A stretch of 64,000 nt of DNA from the NCBI GenBank assembly GCA_001789205.1, contig MFYT01000039.1, positions 85,295-149,294 on the forward strand. Reading direction: 5' to 3'. A program made the position numbers and the translations under genes. Position 1 is the first letter of the stretch; every line of letters starts with the position of its first letter. This stretch comes from Candidatus Raymondbacteria bacterium RIFOXYA2_FULL_49_16. GTDB lineage: Bacteria > Fibrobacterota > OXYB2-FULL-49-7 > XYB2-FULL-49-35. Of this stretch, positions 60,742 to 64,000 are shown piece by piece. The notes under the pieces were generated by a model. That model was not told where the DNA came from. It did not search any database and saw nothing but the letters and a program-made list of their open reading frames with translations.

Positions 60742-61016
60742 AAATCCAGGTGGGCAAATTCGGGACCATGCTTTTCGCGCGACCGGCTGGCAAAGAGGCT
60801 TTTCTGGCATTGCAACCCCTGCTCAGAGGCATGGACGATTCCGAGGAGGTTGTGGTTGATTTTTCCGATGTCGCCGTGATGACCCCATCGTGGGCCGATG
60901 AATTCGTGACCCCTTTGCGGAGTCAATTTCAGGGGCGCGTGCGTCTGCTGAATACGGAGAATCCTTCTGTCAAAGCAACGCTTGAGACACTTAAAAAGGC
61001 TTGCCGACGGCCATGA
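60738..61016 (+). CDS. STAS-like small protein (DUF4325-like)
   Basis: RPAGKE...VVVDFSDVAVMTPSWADEF; ATGA-coupled to the HATPase gene. Confidence 0.78.
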   Translation: MKIQVGKFGTMLFARPAGKEAFLALQPLLRGMDDSEEVVVDFSDVAVMTPSWADEFVTPLRSQFQGRVRLLNTENPSVKATLETLKKACRRP

Positions 61017-63169
61017 CCATGGCACGCGGCATCCTGCAGGTTCTATTGATTGTTCTGACATGCATGACTTTTATTCCGGCAAGCGTTCTAAAAAATTCTT
61101 TTTTCACCTCCTCATTTGAAAGCGGCCCTGCCCTTATACAAGAGTCTTCGGTACAGAACAAAAAGAGTATGCTATACGAAGCCAGCGGCTTGGACCAATG
61201 GGTTTCACAGAATGGCCAGGGTTGGATTACTGTGCCGGAAAATATCGAACCGGTTTACTTTACCTATGCCCGTAGAACCGGAAATGTTTTCCAAGGCGTT
61301 TCCGGTCTCACGGGAAAATGGTCGGAATATTCAGAGGTGCGGACACGTGGATTCTACGGATGGGATGATATACCCACGGCCTGCGTGTCGCTTGTCCAGG
61401 GTATCCATGGACCAGGAGCCGCAAAGATCACCTTTCATACCAGCGACAAATATTGCCACCTTTTTGCCGCCATTCAGCCTCGAACAGAGTTGTACGGACG
61501 CTTTTACGTCAGGGTGTCCGAAGAGGCGATCAACTCGCTGTCAAAAGACCACGCGATTGCATGGTTCTACGAGCATATGTCCGACATTCACGGCCATTTC
61601 CGTATCGGGTGCGTGTTCCGGAACAATGAACCGGTTTTGTGTGCGCGGTTCCATATTTATACTGGAACGGAGAATGAGAAGCATGATGTGTATATGTACG
61701 GAAAAAATGCCGTTATTTCCGGGCAGGATTACTGTGTGGAGTTTTATTATCAGTGTGAATCCGACAACACCGGAGGTGCGCGTTTCTGGATAGATGGCGT
61801 GCTTGCGGCCGACAGTGCACGGTATCGTCTCCGGAACATGGGTGCTGTACAGCGCGTTCATTTCGGCGCTTTTTCGCGGGCAAAGTTTGATACCGGAAAT
61901 ATCATTATCGACGATATCGCATTTTCCAGCGAACGCGTTGGCCCTATCCCAGGGGTCGATTCCCTTTCTTTCCAGGACAATGTTTTTTCCCTGTTCTCTC
62001 GCGACCCATATATCCACATGCAGGTTCAGGCCGTGGATTCGTGCGTTCCCTGGTTTTTGGCTGGTTTCAACAGCGGGATTCTGAAAAAAGGAGACTCGCG
62101 ACTGTCCCATGCTTTAAACAACGCGGCTTTTATCAGGGCCCGTATACAAAACGCCTATGGGACCTGGAGCGAGTGGCGCGCTATCGCATCAGGCAGGAAC
62201 GTGGGTGCTTTCCCTCTCCAGAAGAGGGATTCCCTGGTGTGCGGCATTACGCTGACAGCGCTTGGAAAGGAAAAGCCTTTAAACTCGCTGCGGCCGGGCG
62301 AATGGGTCACGCTCCATATGAATTTTTCAGAGCTTCCCACGCGGGCGGATGTACTGTTGTCGCAATTCACCAACCGATCAGCATCGCTTCCTGGAAATTA
62401 CGGAAACGGTGATAAGAGGTCGAATTATTATTTTAGAATTTCATTGGGAGAAAGTCTTTTATGGACGCACAAGTTCGAAGGCGAAAGCGTGTTGTACGAG
62501 ATAAGCGGGCAAAAGCACGAGTATGTCAGGGACCATGGACTTGTCATAGACACGGTCGCCAAATCTATCTTGCTTACCTTCAGACTTTCTGACAGCGCAA
62601 AGACCGGGCCTTGGCTGTTGCAGGCTGTTGCCTATGATTCCATTGGGATGACTGGCGCAAAACCAATGCTGGTACCTTTCAACGTATCTGATATCCAAGA
62701 AGGAACAAAAAGAGTTCCCTTCGGGGGCATCGCGGTCATGATTGCGCTTGTCGTTGCCCTTGGCGCGGGCCTCATATTTGTTTTCAGAAAGGTACGTCCG
62801 GGAAAAACAGAGGGCGTGTCTTATTCAAGCAATCCGACTATACGACGGGCGCAGGAGATTATCAGCGAAGAGATCAGTAATCCAGCGCTTGATGTGGAAT
62901 TGGTTTCGGAAAAACTCAAGATAAGCAAAAGCAATCTCAGTTCGCAGTTTAAAAAAGAGACTGGACATTCGTTTCCTCAGTATTTAAATATGCTAAGAAT
63001 AGAAAAAGCAAAAGAATTGTTAAAAACATCAAATTTGAATGTTTCGGAAATAGCATTCCATGTCGGATACGGCACATATGAGCATTTCAACTATATTTTC
63101 AATCAGTATGAGAAGATACCTGCGAGCGAATTCCGCAAAAAAGCTGGCATGGAAAGGCTGAATAGATAA
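61013..63169 (+). CDS. Membrane-anchored AraC-family regulator with large extracytoplasmic sensor
   Basis: N-terminal hydrophobic signal; LamG-like FWIDGVL...IIIDDI; TM followed by RKVR; AraC HTH. Confidence 0.85.
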   Translation: MTMARGILQVLLIVLTCMTFIPASVLKNSFFTSSFESGPALIQESSVQNKKSMLYEASGLDQWVSQNGQGWITVPENIEPVYFTYARRTGNVFQGVSGLTGKWSEYSEVRTRGFYGWDDIPTACVSLVQGIHGPGAAKITFHTSDKYCHLFAAIQPRTELYGRFYVRVSEEAINSLSKDHAIAWFYEHMSDIHGHFRIGCVFRNNEPVLCARFHIYTGTENEKHDVYMYGKNAVISGQDYCVEFYYQCESDNTGGARFWIDGVLAADSARYRLRNMGAVQRVHFGAFSRAKFDTGNIIIDDIAFSSERVGPIPGVDSLSFQDNVFSLFSRDPYIHMQVQAVDSCVPWFLAGFNSGILKKGDSRLSHALNNAAFIRARIQNAYGTWSEWRAIASGRNVGAFPLQKRDSLVCGITLTALGKEKPLNSLRPGEWVTLHMNFSELPTRADVLLSQFTNRSASLPGNYGNGDKRSNYYFRISLGESLLWTHKFEGESVLYEISGQKHEYVRDHGLVIDTVAKSILLTFRLSDSAKTGPWLLQAVAYDSIGMTGAKPMLVPFNVSDIQEGTKRVPFGGIAVMIALVVALGAGLIFVFRKVRPGKTEGVSYSSNPTIRRAQEIISEEISNPALDVELVSEKLKISKSNLSSQFKKETGHSFPQYLNMLRIEKAKELLKTSNLNVSEIAFHVGYGTYEHFNYIFNQYEKIPASEFRKKAGMERLNR

Positions 63170-63227
63170 AATTTCATGTTTTTGTAAGAATTCCCACCTC
63201 TTTCCTGAAGAAATCTCACTCGTCTCC

Positions 63228-63454
63228 CTGCACTTTGAAGCTATTATTACAACTGGTGAAAGTCCAGTCAGGGGAAAGGTGGAATTGATGAGCCCGCGCA
63301 TCACGGTAAAGAGTCGTAATGGGTAGAAACTTTATTTAGGAGGTTAACGATGCTGTCAGTACACAAGCGAGTAGTAGCGAATAGCCCTGTGCGAGAAAAC
63401 CGCACGCAAGGATCCGTGGGAGGGGTGCCGGGTAACCGGCGTTCCTATCCCAAT
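63228..63454 (+). mobile_element. ORF-less group II intron relic (domain I-like 5' piece; domains V-VI at 63382-63454)
   Basis: DV-like AGCCCTGTGCGAGAAAACCGCACGCAAGGAT; DVI-like GGGGTGCCGGGTAACCGGCGTTCCTATCCCAAT; DI-like ACTGGTGAAAGTCCAGT. The 5' boundary is approximate. Confidence 0.75.
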
Positions 63455-64000
63455 CGTATCTTTTTTTTAATTTTTTTGTCCGTTTCCTTAAGCTTTGGCC
63501 AGCTATATGAATATATAAACGACCCATTGACAGATGGCGCTACCTTAGCCAAGGAAACGCAGGAAGGCTCGTTGGGGGCCGACGGCTGGAAGAGCCTCAC
63601 AAACACAGCATATCTGATGTATGAATTGCCTGAAAATACAAAATCCGGGAAATTGATATTTGAAGTCAAGGGATTCGAAGAGAATGCCGGAGAAGGCAAC
63701 GCGCGCCAGAACTGTATTGCATTGTATAATCTGTATCAGGCAACTGGCAACTATGTGGTAAAATCCAACACCGGCCAAGCCGGTATTATGTGGCGCTATT
63801 ATTATACAGATTTAGATGCGCACGGGCCTGGCGATGTACGGTTCAGGATCGAAGGACTCAATGTCTATGCGGAAGTGCAGCGTGATACCGAAAACCCGGG
63901 CTGGGACCAGAATACATGGTACACCATAGAGTTTGGCTGGAGCCAGACCAATGCGTACTGGAAGCGGAACGGTCAACAGTTCGCTACAATGTCATTTCCA
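63350..64000 (+). CDS. Secreted protein, 3'-truncated by window edge
   Basis: AGGAGG RBS before ATG 63350; frame open to the window end; signal-peptide core RIFFLIFLSVSLSFG begins at 63455. Confidence 0.7.
   Translation, partial: MLSVHKRVVANSPVRENRTQGSVGGVPGNRRSYPNRIFFLIFLSVSLSFGQLYEYINDPLTDGATLAKETQEGSLGADGWKSLTNTAYLMYELPENTKSGKLIFEVKGFEENAGEGNARQNCIALYNLYQATGNYVVKSNTGQAGIMWRYYYTDLDAHGPGDVRFRIEGLNVYAEVQRDTENPGWDQNTWYTIEFGWSQTNAYWKRNGQQFATMSFP

Noticed and set aside
63245..63300. Cobalamin riboswitch suggested by GGTGAAAGTCC
   Set aside because: It lacks the preceding GGGAA and the B12-box (GCCACTG). The downstream DV/DVI sequence explains it better as group II intron domain I.
1..64000. 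CRISPR array, rRNA or tRNA genes
   Set aside because: No regularly spaced repeats, cas genes or recognisable structural-RNA signatures were seen by eye. A covariance-model scan was not possible.

Overview
A 64-kb window of bacterial chromosome from a diderm organism. Many secreted proteins end in PNPFNP-type tails, which suggests an FCB/Fibrobacterota-like lineage (inference). Contents in order: a partial AAA ATPase, orphan motAB, a B12-binding radical SAM gene and a PAP2 phosphatase; a HigBA-like toxin-antitoxin pair; a ~14.5-kb arsenic-resistance island (decayed IS1380-family element, two arsR, arsM, arsC, acr3, arsP-like, arsEFG-like, two ABC export modules) bounded by a 93-bp direct repeat; a TetR/MMPL/LolA-like cluster; an IclR plus two FAD oxidoreductases; a GH1; a MerR-HATPase/STAS-like pair; and a group II intron relic lying in frame in the 5' end of a secreted-protein gene. 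Four membrane-spanning AraC regulators and seven secreted proteins with the shared tail are spread across the window. The best candidate for an undescribed system is a translationally coupled operon at 46386-54123. It encodes a radical SAM/SPASM enzyme and two 57-aa membrane-anchored peptides that are missing from the ORF track and share LKIKxGYNPNSSSIG. It also encodes TPR membrane proteins, a TlpA thioredoxin, a degenerate metallophosphoesterase and a lipoprotein. Family calls come from motif recognition by eye; no database searches were run.
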